Shown: positions 9,681 to 20,329, counted from the whole stretch's first letter. The stretch: 63,995 bases of DNA, filler included, from Acidimicrobiia bacterium (GCA_041577335.1; 11 parts of 11 records of this genome joined end to end with filler, not necessarily neighbours in it), one strand, 5' to 3'. A program made the numbers and translations. Notes: generated by a model from the letters alone, not told the origin.

Positions 9681-11068
9681 CCGTGCGTCGGGCTGCTTTC
9701 GTTGGGATCGTCTCCGCCACGGTTGTGGCGACATTCCCTGCCGTTGCGTCGGCGCATGGCATCGGCGGGCGCCAGGACCTCCCCGTTCCGCTCAGCTTCT
9801 TCATTGGCGGAGCCGTGCTCGCCATCGTCATCTCGTTTGTGGTTCTGGCCTACCTGTGGCCTAGCCCGCGACTTCAAGATGGCCCGCTGAACACTCCGAT
9901 CAGAGCCATGTGGCTGGGCCCGGTGCTCACCGTCCTCAAGTGGGTGGCGCTCATCGCGATGCTGCTGGTGATTCTCGACGGCCTTCTCGACGGGCGCGGC
10001 AGTCCCACCCATATCAGCCCGGTGCTCGTCTGGGTCTTCTTCTGGCTGGTGTTTCCCTACGTGGTCGCCGTCACTGGGAACCTCTGGAAGTTCGCGAGTC
10101 CATGGAGAACACTCGGCAACTGGATCAACGGGTCGGTCCCGGAGCGCTATGACATCGCCGCTCGCATCGGCATGTGGCCGGCCACGGTGACCTTCATCTC
10201 ATTCACTTGGCTCGAGCTGGTTTCGCCGACCTCTGGTGAGCCGAGCACCCTGGCGATTGCGACACTCGTATACACCACCTTCATTCTCATCGTGACGCGC
10301 TTCACCGGCGTCGAGACCGGGCTGGGCACGACTGAGGCGTTCGAGAATTACAACATGGTGATCTCGGCGATCGCTCCCTTCGAAATAGAGCGAGCCGCTC
10401 CGTCCGTTGGCGCCGCCACCACCATCGTGAAACCGGCCGTCTCCTGGCGGGGATGGTTGCGCGCGCTCCCGGTCTTGCCCGACCGACCGGGCATGACGTG
10501 GTTTGTTCTGGCCACGATTGGGACCGTTACCTACGACGGTCTGTCGCAGACGACGTGGTGGGCTGAACTGTTTGGCGCGGAAACGGTCCGACAGGTGTGG
10601 TTCGGCACCATTGCGTTGCCTGCCATGGTCCTCGTCGTGGGGGCCGGCTACTTCATCGCGTCATGGTCTGCCTCGCATCTGGCACCCGAAAGCGGGGTCT
10701 CGACTCGAAAGGTCGCCGCCCGCTTCGTCCACACCCTCGTTCCCATTGCGCTTGCCTATGCCTTCTCCCATTACTTCACGCTTGTCATCTTCGAAGGGCA
10801 GCGAATCATCCACGCAGCCAGCGATCCCTTTGGACTCGGCTGGAACCTCTTCGGCACCGCCAATTGGAGGGTGGTGTTTTTCCTGGCGCCGTTGGCCGTA
10901 TGGTGGATCCAGCTGATCATGATCGTGGCCGGTCACATCGCTGGAACGGTGCTGGCTCACGACCGAGCGCTCGCCGACTTCGGAAAAGACGCCATTCGAT
11001 CGCAGTACGCCATGCTCGTGCTCATGGTGAGCTTCACATCGCTGGGCCTCTTCATCCTGGCTGGATAG
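9677..11068 (+). CDS. Polytopic membrane protein (family often labelled fenitrothion hydrolase FedB-like)
   Basis: Signal ASA-HGIGGRQDLPVP; about 10 TM helices; HTLVPIALAYAFSHY and DPFGLGWNLFGT; GTGA-coupled to upstream gene. Confidence 0.65.
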   Translation: MTVRRAAFVGIVSATVVATFPAVASAHGIGGRQDLPVPLSFFIGGAVLAIVISFVVLAYLWPSPRLQDGPLNTPIRAMWLGPVLTVLKWVALIAMLLVILDGLLDGRGSPTHISPVLVWVFFWLVFPYVVAVTGNLWKFASPWRTLGNWINGSVPERYDIAARIGMWPATVTFISFTWLELVSPTSGEPSTLAIATLVYTTFILIVTRFTGVETGLGTTEAFENYNMVISAIAPFEIERAAPSVGAATTIVKPAVSWRGWLRALPVLPDRPGMTWFVLATIGTVTYDGLSQTTWWAELFGAETVRQVWFGTIALPAMVLVVGAGYFIASWSASHLAPESGVSTRKVAARFVHTLVPIALAYAFSHYFTLVIFEGQRIIHAASDPFGLGWNLFGTANWRVVFFLAPLAVWWIQLIMIVAGHIAGTVLAHDRALADFGKDAIRSQYAMLVLMVSFTSLGLFILAG

Positions 11069-11164
11069 GCTTCGGACTGGAACTTTCGAAAAGCGAGTAA
11101 GGGCCGATTGGCCCTAGACCCCGAGAGATCTTTCCACCTACGGTTACACACGAAAGGAGAAGCC

Positions 11165-11416
11165 GTGGAGAAGGACATCACCCTCAGCATCCACCTGGAC
11201 GAGGATATGGATAACACCCTCGCCTACGCTCAGCTGTTCCTCCGAGGCGATCACTTCGAGGCGGTCGGCAAGGCTCGCCGCAATCCGATTGATCCCCCCA
11301 TGCCGGTCATTGGAGAGGAGCTGGCAATCGCCAGAGCGCTCCAAGATCTGACCAGCCAAGTGATGGAGGCAGCACAGACCAAGGTGAGCCAGTTCCTGGT
11401 CAAGACTGATTCGTAG
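11165..11416 (+). CDS. DUF1876 / dsRBD-fold protein
   Basis: AAGGAG RBS; GKARRNPIDPPMPVIGEELAIARAL signature. Confidence 0.85.
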   Translation: MEKDITLSIHLDEDMDNTLAYAQLFLRGDHFEAVGKARRNPIDPPMPVIGEELAIARALQDLTSQVMEAAQTKVSQFLVKTDS

Positions 11417-11482
11417 CCGCTATTCGACTCGTGGCCAGGTGAGCCGCCGGCTGCGTCGGCCGCGCGCGTCCGGTGACCGTGA

Positions 11483-12955
11483 TCAACGGGTGAGGTCGAA
11501 AACCTCTATGTATTGCAGGGAGCCGGCATTTGGGTCTCCAAAACTGACCGCGCCAGGACGAGCCTCTTGTCGCCAGTTGTCGAAGGCTTCCGGCTGGCGC
11601 TTTCCTGCGAGCAGCCACATCGCGTAATTCGCTCGCTCGCCGAAGAGATTGTCATCATTCTCGTTGAAAGGCACCGCCCGGCATCCGCTATACCATCCGA
11701 CCTGCGGCCCGTAGGTGGTTGCAATGACGCACCCTGGCGTCCATTCGTAGGATGTGGACGCCTCCTTCAACACTCCGAAGTTCTCTTTGGCGGCCTCGAT
11801 GGAGTCGCTCGTGGCGACAACGGTCGTGAAGCCCATGAGAAGGATGGTCGATATCGCGACCGCGATTCGGCCGCCGCTGCTGAGCGCTCGGCCGAGTACC
11901 CACAGGCCAACCGCTCCGACAACCCATAGCCAGGGCAGCACAGGGGCGAGATACCGGGGCTCCGCATGGAGGGCGCTGGCCAGACCGGCGAACGTGAAGA
12001 AGGCAATCGACGCGCATAGGAGGGTCGCCGACCGGAAGCGGCGCGGGGCCCACCACGCCGCCACGAGACCGATGGCGAGAAGCACAAAAAGGGGCTGCGT
12101 CAGCAGATTCCCAAGGATGCGTACGTACCCGTTCCAGCCGTCGACCGGGGAAGGGGCGTTTCTCGCAACGAACGCGGCGTTCGCTTGATACGGCGAGCGG
12201 GCGCTGGTGACCAACGGAGTGAAGACGATCATCGCCAGAGGGATACCGGCTCCCAGGGCAAGGCCGACGATCTGGGGGCGGCTGGTATTGAGGAGATGGC
12301 GACGCCATGCGAGGATCGCCACGCCTGCGATGGCGAGGGCAAGCGGCTCACCGTACCGGATGAGAGTCGCGCCGACGGCGAGCGGGATGGCGAGCAGGAT
12401 CCACCATGAGATCTTTCGGCCCGAGGTGGCGAAGAGCAGTACCGAGATGGCAGCCAAGGCCAGTGCGGCGCCCGGTCCGTCCGGCCAGACGCTCGACCCG
12501 ATGGTGATCCACAGAGAGGTCAGTGTCAGGCCGGCGGCGGCGATGATGCCGATAGCCCGCGAGAACAGATACCGCCCTATCAGCCACGTGACCACAACCG
12601 CAACGGCCGTCAGGGCCGCCACCCCGAGCCGCAGATATGGGGCAGTGTCCCCGATGGGGATGACGAAGTGCAGAAGCCACGGAAGTCCGAGGGCGCGCTG
12701 GTCTCCCCAGTACCAGGAAACCGAGGACGTTCCTTCGGCGAATGCGACGGAGCGGAGGCTGTAAACCGCCTCGTCGTGACCGAGCGGGGCTCCACCGACA
12801 ATGGCGCCCACTGTCAGTAATGCGTAGGTCGCCAAGACCAGCGCAACCGCGATCAGTTCGCCTCGCTGGAAGGATGGCCCCCACGACCACCGCCCGCCGT
12901 TCTCGGTTGGGGTCTCGCCCGACGCCGGCTCGTTCTCTGAGACGATGGTCGCCAT
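11483..12955 (-). CDS. GT-C fold glycosyltransferase (ArnT/PMT, GT39-like)
   Basis: First-loop HDEAVY, many TM helices, EPRYLAP. Confidence 0.75.
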   Translation of the reverse strand: MATIVSENEPASGETPTENGGRWSWGPSFQRGELIAVALVLATYALLTVGAIVGGAPLGHDEAVYSLRSVAFAEGTSSVSWYWGDQRALGLPWLLHFVIPIGDTAPYLRLGVAALTAVAVVVTWLIGRYLFSRAIGIIAAAGLTLTSLWITIGSSVWPDGPGAALALAAISVLLFATSGRKISWWILLAIPLAVGATLIRYGEPLALAIAGVAILAWRRHLLNTSRPQIVGLALGAGIPLAMIVFTPLVTSARSPYQANAAFVARNAPSPVDGWNGYVRILGNLLTQPLFVLLAIGLVAAWWAPRRFRSATLLCASIAFFTFAGLASALHAEPRYLAPVLPWLWVVGAVGLWVLGRALSSGGRIAVAISTILLMGFTTVVATSDSIEAAKENFGVLKEASTSYEWTPGCVIATTYGPQVGWYSGCRAVPFNENDDNLFGERANYAMWLLAGKRQPEAFDNWRQEARPGAVSFGDPNAGSLQYIEVFDLTR

Positions 12956-13340
12956 GGCACCAGTATGCCAGTGCGCCCGCCGGGCGGACCTCGAGCTCGG
13001 TCGACGGCCGCCCGGACGAACGCATCGGTGGCTCGCGCCACCGGCTCGATCGTGAGATCGTGCCGCCCGACCGCATGCCAAGACGCGGTTCTGTGAAAGT
13101 TGCTGCCGAGTGCCTTTGTCGACTCGCCCAATGCCCGCGTTCCATCCGTGACGAAATGCAGCCGGACAACCCACTGCAGCCGGCGTGCCGGCGGCGTTCT
13201 CGGTCCACTCGCCGACAGTCAATACGGAGAGCATGTGCTGTTCGAGGGCTGCGTGGCGACGTCATCCCTTTACCGATGAGTCCGGCCCCGCTACCGTTCT
13301 GGCACGGGATGGCCGGGGGCTGTGACAACAAGGGGTGTTC

Positions 13341-13805
13341 ATGCATCATCAGCTATCCCGTGCCTGGCGCGGCCTATTGGCACTTTGCATCGTGGGTTCC
13401 CTGCTCACCGTGCCACTCACCTCATCGGCCGGCCAAGGCTTCTACGACGATGACACGTCGATTTTCGAAGCAGACATCGAAGCGCTCGCCAACGCCGGCA
13501 TCACCTCAGGATGCAGCCCGACGGAGTTCTGTCCCAATGACAATGTGAGTCGTGGGCAGATGGCGGCGTTTCTCGTACGGGCGCTTGGTCTCACCGATCA
13601 AGGGTCCAAGGATTTCATTGATGACAACAACTCGGTCTTCGAGGCTGACATCGAGAAGTTGGCGGCGGCCGGCATCACCTCGGGTTGCAGCTCGAACGAG
13701 TTCTGTCCCAATGACAATGTGAGTCGTGGGCAGATGGCGGCGTTTCTCGTACGGGCGCTTGGTCTCACCGATCAAGGGTCCAAGGATTTCATTGATGACA
13801 ACAAC
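13341..13805 (+). CDS. S-layer homology (SLH) domain protein, truncated
   Basis: Signal peptide; repeated GITSGC...FCPNDNVSRGQMAAFLVRAL. Confidence 0.9.
13524..13805 (+). repeat. Exact 108-bp direct repeat (13524-13631 and 13698-13805), 174-bp period
   Basis: Direct comparison of the two segments; the contig ends inside the repeat. Confidence 0.95.
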
Positions 13806-13905
13806 NNNNNNNNNNNNNNNNNNNNNNNNNNNNNNNNNNNNNNNNNNNNTTAATTAATTAANNNNNNNNNNNNNNNNNNNNNNNNNNNNNNNNNNNNNNN
13901 NNNNN

Positions 13906-14994
13906 CCCACGGTTCTCCTCTACGCGCATCATGACGTACAGCCCGTTGGAGAAGGATGGACCTCCCAGGCATTCGATCCCGTTGACAGGGGCGGCCGGCT
14001 TTTCGGACGAGGAACTTCGGACGACAAATGCGGGATCGTCATGCACGTGGCTGCCATCGAAGCCCACCAGGGCAAGCCGCCGGTCGGGGTGAAGATCTTT
14101 GTCGAAGGCGAAGAGGAGATCGGATCGCTCCACCTCACCGACTACCTCGACACCTACGGGGAGCTACTCGCTGCTGATGCGATTGTCATCGCCGATTCGG
14201 GCAACTGGCGCACCGGCCAGCCAACCCTCACCACGTCGCTCCGGGGGCTGGTCGACTGTGTCGTCGAGGTGCGCACCCTCGACCATGCCGTTCATTCGGG
14301 GATGTACGGAGGACTTTTTCCCGACGCCCTCACATCGCTGAGCCGGGTCCTCGCCGGCCTGCACAATGACGATGGCAGCGTTGCCATCCCCGGCCTGCAC
14401 TCGTTCTCCGGGCCCGGGCTGCCGCTGGATGCCGAAGAGGCGAGAGCTGAGGCCGAAGCGCGGCCAGGCGTCGAAACAATCGGCGTTGGAGCCCTGACCG
14501 ACCGGCTGTGGAATCAACCGGCAGTGTCGGTGCTCGCCATCGACGCACCCCCGGTTCGCGATGCCATCAACGCCCTCATCCCCGTGGCTCGTGCCAAAGT
14601 CAGCCTGCGCATCGCCCCGGGACAGAATCCCGAGCAAGCAATGCAGGCGCTCGTTTCGCACCTGGAAGCGCAGGCCCCGTGGGGCGCTGAGGTGACCGTG
14701 ACGCCAGGCAGCGCCGGAGAGGCGTTTGCATTGGAGAGCAATGGTCCCGCATACGATGCATTCCGGTCAGCCTTTGCGGAGGCGTGGGCCACCGAACCGG
14801 TGGAAATGGGTGTCGGTGGGTCGATCCCATTCGTTGCGGCGTTCTCAGATGCCTACCCCGACGCCGCCATCCTGCTCACAGGCGTTGGCGACAACATGAG
14901 CCGCCCCCACGGTCCCGATGAGAGCCTCGACCTCGAGGAGCTCCGCCGCGGTTGTTACGCCGAAGCCATCGCCCTCCGCCTCATGGCCGGCTGA
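13906..14994 (+). CDS. M20/M25/M40 family dipeptidase, 5'-truncated
   Basis: LLYAHHDVQP, GRGTSDDK, EGEEEIGS, HSG, GGSIP, HGPDES. Confidence 0.92.
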   Translation, partial: PTVLLYAHHDVQPVGEGWTSQAFDPVDRGGRLFGRGTSDDKCGIVMHVAAIEAHQGKPPVGVKIFVEGEEEIGSLHLTDYLDTYGELLAADAIVIADSGNWRTGQPTLTTSLRGLVDCVVEVRTLDHAVHSGMYGGLFPDALTSLSRVLAGLHNDDGSVAIPGLHSFSGPGLPLDAEEARAEAEARPGVETIGVGALTDRLWNQPAVSVLAIDAPPVRDAINALIPVARAKVSLRIAPGQNPEQAMQALVSHLEAQAPWGAEVTVTPGSAGEAFALESNGPAYDAFRSAFAEAWATEPVEMGVGGSIPFVAAFSDAYPDAAILLTGVGDNMSRPHGPDESLDLEELRRGCYAEAIALRLMAG

Positions 14995-15451
14995 ACGGGA
15001 ACCCCATCTGCCGAGCAGCCTCGAACACAACGATGGCTACGGAGTTGGACAGATTCAGGCTCCGGCTCCTCGGAACCATCGGGATACGAAGCGCAGCCAC
15101 GACGTCAGGACGCGACAGCACGCCGGCGGGAAGACCAACGCTCTCGGGGCCAAACACCAGCGCATCGCCATCCCGATAGTCCACGTCGGAGTAAGCCCGA
15201 TCACCATCCCGGGTGTAGGCGAACATCCGCCCGGGAGATGCGGCAGCCAGGAACGCATCAAGGTCGTCATGCTCCGTCACATCTGCCCATTCCCGATAGT
15301 CGAGACCTGCCCGCCTCAGTTTCGACTCCTCCAGGTCGAAGCCGAGCGGATGAATGAGGTGGAGACGGGACGCGGTGTTGGCACAGAGTCTCATGATGTT
15401 GCCCGTATTGGGCGGTATCTCGGGCTGATAGAGGACCACGTGGAGTGGCAT
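14981..15451 (-). CDS. trmL: tRNA (cytidine/uridine34-2'-O)-methyltransferase
   Basis: PEIPPNTGNI, RRAGLDY, FGPESVGLP, RSLNLSNS. Confidence 0.95.
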   Translation of the reverse strand: MPLHVVLYQPEIPPNTGNIMRLCANTASRLHLIHPLGFDLEESKLRRAGLDYREWADVTEHDDLDAFLAAASPGRMFAYTRDGDRAYSDVDYRDGDALVFGPESVGLPAGVLSRPDVVAALRIPMVPRSRSLNLSNSVAIVVFEAARQMGFPFSRP

Positions 15452-15452
15452 G

Positions 15453-16112
15453 TCAGAACAGTTTCAGCCGATTCGACTCGATTCCCCGCAGCTCGTCGTA
15501 GTCCACTTCCACAAACGTGAGCCCCCGCGCTTCGGCCAGGACCTTCGCTTGGGGAGCGATGAGCTGCGCCACGAACACGCCGCGCACGGGAGAAAGCCGC
15601 GGATCGAGGTTGAGCCTCTCGAGGTAGCGAGTCAGCTGTTCCACGCCGTCGATCTCCCCACGGCGCTTGACTTCGATCGCCACGGCCTGCCCGGACTCGT
15701 CTCGGCACAACAAGTCGACGGGACCGATGTCGGTGGGGAACTCACGACGGATCAGCTCCAGCCCACGCTCGATGACATCCGGCTTGCCGGCCAGGAGCAA
15801 CTGAAGGTGGGCTTCCACTCCATCTTTCTGCAATCCGGGGTCGATGCCCATGTCGTGGGAGGAATCAGATATCACTTCGTGGATGGTGATGGTCAGCCGC
15901 TCTCCTTTGGAATTGGTGACCACCCACGAATCGTCGTGTTCTTCGAGGTAGTTGGGAGCGTTCATCCAGTTGAGGGGCTTGTAGGCGCCGCCGTCGGCGT
16001 GAACCGCCACGCACCCGTCCGCTTTGACCATCAGAAGGCGCGTCGCCGGCGGTAGGTAGGCAGTGAGCCGTCCCTCGTAGTCAACCGAACAGTTTGCAAT
16101 CACCAGCCGCAC
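15453..16112 (-). CDS. nucS: Mismatch-specific endonuclease NucS/EndoMS
   Basis: [45 protein letters not shown]. Confidence 0.97.
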   Translation of the reverse strand: MRLVIANCSVDYEGRLTAYLPPATRLLMVKADGCVAVHADGGAYKPLNWMNAPNYLEEHDDSWVVTNSKGERLTITIHEVISDSSHDMGIDPGLQKDGVEAHLQLLLAGKPDVIERGLELIRREFPTDIGPVDLLCRDESGQAVAIEVKRRGEIDGVEQLTRYLERLNLDPRLSPVRGVFVAQLIAPQAKVLAEARGLTFVEVDYDELRGIESNRLKLF

Positions 16113-16127
16113 GGCGCAGCAGAGTAG

Positions 16128-16799
16128 TCATAGCGAGACGAGCGGGCCTGCCGCGAACGTGTCAACAGGCATCGCCAGCCCAAGCCGCTGATAAACCTGG
16201 GGAGGCACGGAGATGTCTGCCAACAGATGTTCGCCAACCGCAACCGCGCCAACCAGCCCTACCTTGGGAGCGGCCAGGGTCACGGTGACCGTCGCTCCAA
16301 CGGCTCGATCGATCGCATCCCCTGTGTCCACGTCGACCCCGGAGGGAACATCGAGAGACACAACTGGCGAAGACTGTTGATTGGCGTAGTCGATCAAATG
16401 TGCGGCGGCCCCCCGAGGCGCACCGATCAAGGAGTAACCGATGATCGCGTCGATCACCACATCGGCGGGCGCGGGCTCGCCAAAACTCACTCCCATCCGC
16501 CGCAAGATCTCGGCCTGATGGGCGGGCACCGGAGCCAAAGATGACCCGGTGGTCGCGACCGACACGCTCACAGCCCAGTTGCTGAGGTGGCGAGCAGCCA
16601 CGAGCCCACCACCGCCGTTGCCCCCCGACCCGGCCAGCACCAGCACCGACTTCGGCTGGTATCGGTCGAACACGAGCCGCGCCAGGTTGCGCCCGGCGTT
16701 CTCCATCATCTGAATCAACTCGATGCCGAGTTCCTCGATCATGATGCGATCAACTTCCCGCATCTGGTCTCGGGTGACCGCCGGAATCTCTTCCCTCAT
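16128..16799 (-). CDS. nnrE: NAD(P)H-hydrate epimerase (stand-alone YjeF_N)
   Basis: MMENAG, GGNGGGGLVAARHL, DAIIGY, SLDVPSG. Confidence 0.9.
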   Translation of the reverse strand: MREEIPAVTRDQMREVDRIMIEELGIELIQMMENAGRNLARLVFDRYQPKSVLVLAGSGGNGGGGLVAARHLSNWAVSVSVATTGSSLAPVPAHQAEILRRMGVSFGEPAPADVVIDAIIGYSLIGAPRGAAAHLIDYANQQSSPVVSLDVPSGVDVDTGDAIDRAVGATVTVTLAAPKVGLVGAVAVGEHLLADISVPPQVYQRLGLAMPVDTFAAGPLVSL

Positions 16800-17263
16800 C
16801 CGAGCTTGTCGAGAATCCGTGCCAGCTCGTCGATGTCCTCGTCGGACAAGCGGTCCGCGAAATGGTGCTCGATACCGCGTAGGTGGGTTGGCGAGGCCGA
16901 CTTCAAGCGTTGGAAGCCTGGATCAGTGAGCACGACGTTCATGCCCCGGCGATCATCGCTGCTCACCGAACGCATGACCAAGCCGGCGGCCTCCACCCGA
17001 TCGACGAATCGTGTGGTTGCACTTCGACTGATCAGCAGTCGCCGGGCCAGCTCTCCCATCCGCATCGCACCACCGTTCTCCTGAAGCTGTACGAGCAGGT
17101 CGTACCAGGAGAGGGCGAGATCCTGCTCGTCGGCCAATTCTTGCTCGAGGCGGCGGATCGTCTTGGCGTGCGCCTCCAGGAACAAGCGCCAAGCCCTCAT
17201 TTGTGCGGCCGACAGAACCATGCCGGAAACTCTAGGCAAGTCCTCCTCATGCTTTTCCGACAT
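16796..17263 (-). CDS. MarR-family transcriptional regulator
   Basis: WYDLLVQL...RMGELA...SRSATTRFVDR...DDRRG. Confidence 0.9.
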   Translation of the reverse strand: MSEKHEEDLPRVSGMVLSAAQMRAWRLFLEAHAKTIRRLEQELADEQDLALSWYDLLVQLQENGGAMRMGELARRLLISRSATTRFVDRVEAAGLVMRSVSSDDRRGMNVVLTDPGFQRLKSASPTHLRGIEHHFADRLSDEDIDELARILDKLG

Positions 17264-17298
17264 GCAGTTGATTTCCCAACGAATTAGCGTGACTGCGA

Positions 17299-17736
17299 AT
17301 GGAGTACGCAGCAGTGGCCTCACCGGATACCACCTCAGAACCAGCGGCGAGCCGTGTTTCGCGCAGCCCGCTGCTGCGGGCTGTGTACTTCGTGCTCGGG
17401 GTGTTCTTCTTTGCTGGTGGCCTGATCTCTTTCCTACCGGGGATCCCGACGGCCGACCTGTTCGTGCTGTCCGCCTTCTTTTTTGCGCGGTCCTCAGATC
17501 GATTCCACAACTGGATGGTCAACCACAGGGTCATCGGGAAGTTCATACGCCAATACTCCAGCGGCGAAGGTTTCTCGATACGATCCAAGACCATTGCGGT
17601 GGGCGGCATCGTCCTCTCGCTGGGGTTCTCGATCATCGTGCTCGTCGAGCCCGTCTGGCTGAAGGTCTTCCTCGGAGCCGTTGGTGTATACGCGGTCTGG
17701 TTTGTGCTGAGCCGGCCAACCAAGGCCACTGCGTAG
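17299..17736 (+). CDS. YbaN/DUF454 family membrane protein
   Basis: LPGIPT..F.LSAFFFARSSDRFHNW. Confidence 0.85.
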   Translation: MEYAAVASPDTTSEPAASRVSRSPLLRAVYFVLGVFFFAGGLISFLPGIPTADLFVLSAFFFARSSDRFHNWMVNHRVIGKFIRQYSSGEGFSIRSKTIAVGGIVLSLGFSIIVLVEPVWLKVFLGAVGVYAVWFVLSRPTKATA

Positions 17737-17772
17737 CCGGTCGCACGTAGCCCGTCGCACGTAGCCGGGTCG
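17732..17772. repeat. Three imperfect 14-bp tandem units (CGTAGCCGGTCGCA)
   Basis: cgtagccggtcgca / cgtagcccgtcgca / cgtagccgggtcg. Confidence 0.8.
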
Positions 17773-17834
17773 TTGGCGAGCGGTCGAGGTTCCTCGACTA
17801 CATTCGTGTCCATCATCCAACAGGGGACCACAGC

Positions 17835-18857
17835 ATGCCAATCGCAACACCCGAGATCTATCGAGCCATCCTCGACAATGCACAAGCAGAAGGATTCGCG
17901 CTCCCGGCCATCAACGTCACCTCATCGGAGACGCTCAATGCCGCTATGAAGGGATTCGCAGAAGCGGAGTCGGACGGGATCATCCAGGTCTCAACAGGCG
18001 GCGCTGAGTTCCTGTCGGGCTTGGCGGTGAAGAAAATGCCGGTTGGTGCCATTGCTCTCGCCGAATTCGCCCATGTGATCGCCGATCAATATCCCGTGCA
18101 TTTCGCGCTCCATACCGACCATTGCCAGCCCGACAAGGTCGACACATACATCCGTCCCCTGCTCGCCGAATCCGGGCGGCGCAAGGCCGAGGGGCTCGGG
18201 CCCGTCTTCCAGAGTCACATGTTGGACGCTTCCAATCTGCCATTGGAAGAGAACCTCGCCCTCGCCGACGCCTTGCTCGATGAGTGTGCCGACGTCGATG
18301 TGATCCTCGAGCTCGAGATCGGCATCGTGGGCGGAGTCGAGGACACAATGGACCACGAAGGCATCGACCGCGAGAAGCTCTACACATCTCCAGCCGACAT
18401 GGTGGCGGTCGCCAAGCGGCTCGGCACCGGCGAACGGGGCCGCTACATCCTGGCAGCCGTATTCGGCAATGTGCACGGGGTGTACAAGCCAGGCTCGGTT
18501 CAGCTCAAGCCTTCGATCCTGAAGGACGGGCAAGATGCCATGCGCGCGGAGTTTGGATGGGAGCATGACCTCGTCTTTCACGGCGGCTCGGGGTCGACGC
18601 TCGCCGAGATCCACGAAACGCTCGGCTACGGGGTCATCAAGATGAATATCGACACCGACACGCAGTATGCGTTCACTCGGCCGATAGCAGGGCACATGCT
18701 CGAGAACTATGCGGGCGTCCTCAAGGTCGATGGCGAGGTTGGCGATAAGAAGGTCTACGACCCGCGTAGCTACATGAAGAAGGCCGAGCAGTCGATGTCC
18801 GAGCGGGTCATTCGGGCATGCTCCGATCTCAAATCGACTGGGAAGACCGTGAGCTAG
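17835..18857 (+). CDS. fbaA: Class II fructose-bisphosphate aldolase
   Basis: MPIATPE, LHTDHC, FGNVHGVYKPG, VFHGGSGS, KMNIDTDTQ. Confidence 0.97.
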   Translation: MPIATPEIYRAILDNAQAEGFALPAINVTSSETLNAAMKGFAEAESDGIIQVSTGGAEFLSGLAVKKMPVGAIALAEFAHVIADQYPVHFALHTDHCQPDKVDTYIRPLLAESGRRKAEGLGPVFQSHMLDASNLPLEENLALADALLDECADVDVILELEIGIVGGVEDTMDHEGIDREKLYTSPADMVAVAKRLGTGERGRYILAAVFGNVHGVYKPGSVQLKPSILKDGQDAMRAEFGWEHDLVFHGGSGSTLAEIHETLGYGVIKMNIDTDTQYAFTRPIAGHMLENYAGVLKVDGEVGDKKVYDPRSYMKKAEQSMSERVIRACSDLKSTGKTVS

Positions 18858-18878
18858 CCCTCCGAAGAAAGGACCGCC

Positions 18879-19430
18879 ATGACTCGGACCGCCAAAATCG
18901 TCCTGATCGTGGTCGGATCCATCGTGGTCATCGCTCTCGGCCTCGGCGTTGCGGCATGGCGGTTCATCGCCAACAACTTCACGACCGAGCCCGCCGCAGT
19001 GTCAGCCATCGGCCAAGAGATCATTCCGCACGAGTTGCCGGAAGGTTATGAAGGCGAATTCGGCACCGACTTGTTCGGCTTCAAAGTGATGATGGCGGTG
19101 GACGGTTTCGGAACCGAATCGATGATCATGTTGCTCAGCATCCCCGACGGCGGCACCGACGCCGATCTGCGCTCCGCATCACGCGACCAGCTCAGCAGCC
19201 AGCGCGGCACCAACCTCGACTTCGAGTATGTCGGCACCAAGGAGGTTTCGATTCGAGGCACCGAGGTGAGCCTTGATCGCTACGAAGGCACCGACGGGGG
19301 CATCACGTTCGCCCAAGAGATCGCCATCTTCCCTGCCGCCGACGGCAAGGCCGGCCTGTTGATGTTGTTTGCGGATGTCGACCTCTACGACGAATCGGGA
19401 TTCGAGCAGTTCCTCGAATCCCTCGAATGA
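18879..19430 (+). CDS. Membrane-anchored hypothetical protein
   Basis: AAGGA RBS; single N-terminal TM helix; acidic extracellular domain. Confidence 0.7.
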   Translation: MTRTAKIVLIVVGSIVVIALGLGVAAWRFIANNFTTEPAAVSAIGQEIIPHELPEGYEGEFGTDLFGFKVMMAVDGFGTESMIMLLSIPDGGTDADLRSASRDQLSSQRGTNLDFEYVGTKEVSIRGTEVSLDRYEGTDGGITFAQEIAIFPAADGKAGLLMLFADVDLYDESGFEQFLESLE

Positions 19431-19535
19431 CACCCCCTTTCGGACCGACGGAGCCCCTGTGGTACCGATCATCCGGGCGTGGGCATCCGCCGCCAAGTCC
19501 GATATTTGGATGACGCCAAGTACAGTTCTCATTTC

Positions 19536-20329
19536 ATGGCTAACCCTGAGAGACCCTATCCCTCGTTCATAACCTCAGATCGTTTCATACCGTCGCGATT
19601 CGTTCGGCCGGCCCAACGGTTTGCAGAAATCGAGGCGTCGTCGGGCATCGTTCTGCTTGCGGCGGCGATCATCGCGCTCATCTGGGCAAACGCACCCTTT
19701 GGTGAGACATACGAGGCGTTCTGGAGTACTCACCTCGATTTCTCCGTTGGCCCTCTACACCTCGAAGAAACGCTGCGCGAAGTGGTCAACGACGGATTCA
19801 TGGCAATCTTCTTCTTTGTCGTCGGGCTCGAGATCAAACGAGAACTGGTGCTCGGCGAGCTGCGCGACCCACGGGCAGCTGCACTTCCGGCGATCGCCGC
19901 CGTCGGTGGCATGGTTTTGCCTGCCGTGATCTACGTTCTGTTCGTGGGAGGAGGGCCCGGTGCCAACGGCTGGGGTATCCCAATGGCGACCGACATAGCC
20001 TTTTCCATTGGCGTCGTGGCATTGCTGGGCAGCAGGGTCCCGGTGGGCGCCAAGCTGTTTCTGCTCACTGTGGCCGTTGCAGACGACATCGGCGCCATAT
20101 CGGTGATAGCGGTCTTCTATACCGAAGATCTGCAGATCGGTTTTCTCATGGGAGCCATCGTGGGGCTGTTCGCGATGTGGCTGGGACAGCGATCGCACAT
20201 CAGATCTCTGGTGTTCTACGTTCCTCTCGGCTTCCTCGTCTGGTTCCTGTTGCTCGAGTCGGGAGTGCATGCGACGCTGGCCGGTGTCGCAATCGGCCTC
20301 CTCACTCCCGCTCGCCCCTACCTTAACTC
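19536..20329 (+). CDS. nhaA: Na+/H+ antiporter NhaA, 3'-truncated
   Basis: VNDGFMAIFFFVVGLEIKRE, GWGIPMATDIAF, AVADD, SGVHAT. Confidence 0.95.

Noticed and set aside
13524..13805. Direct repeats as a possible CRISPR array
   Set aside because: In-frame coding SLH repeats of 108 bp, with no spacer structure and no cas genes
15453..16112. NucS as a defence nuclease
   Set aside because: Canonical actinobacterial mismatch-repair NucS in a housekeeping context
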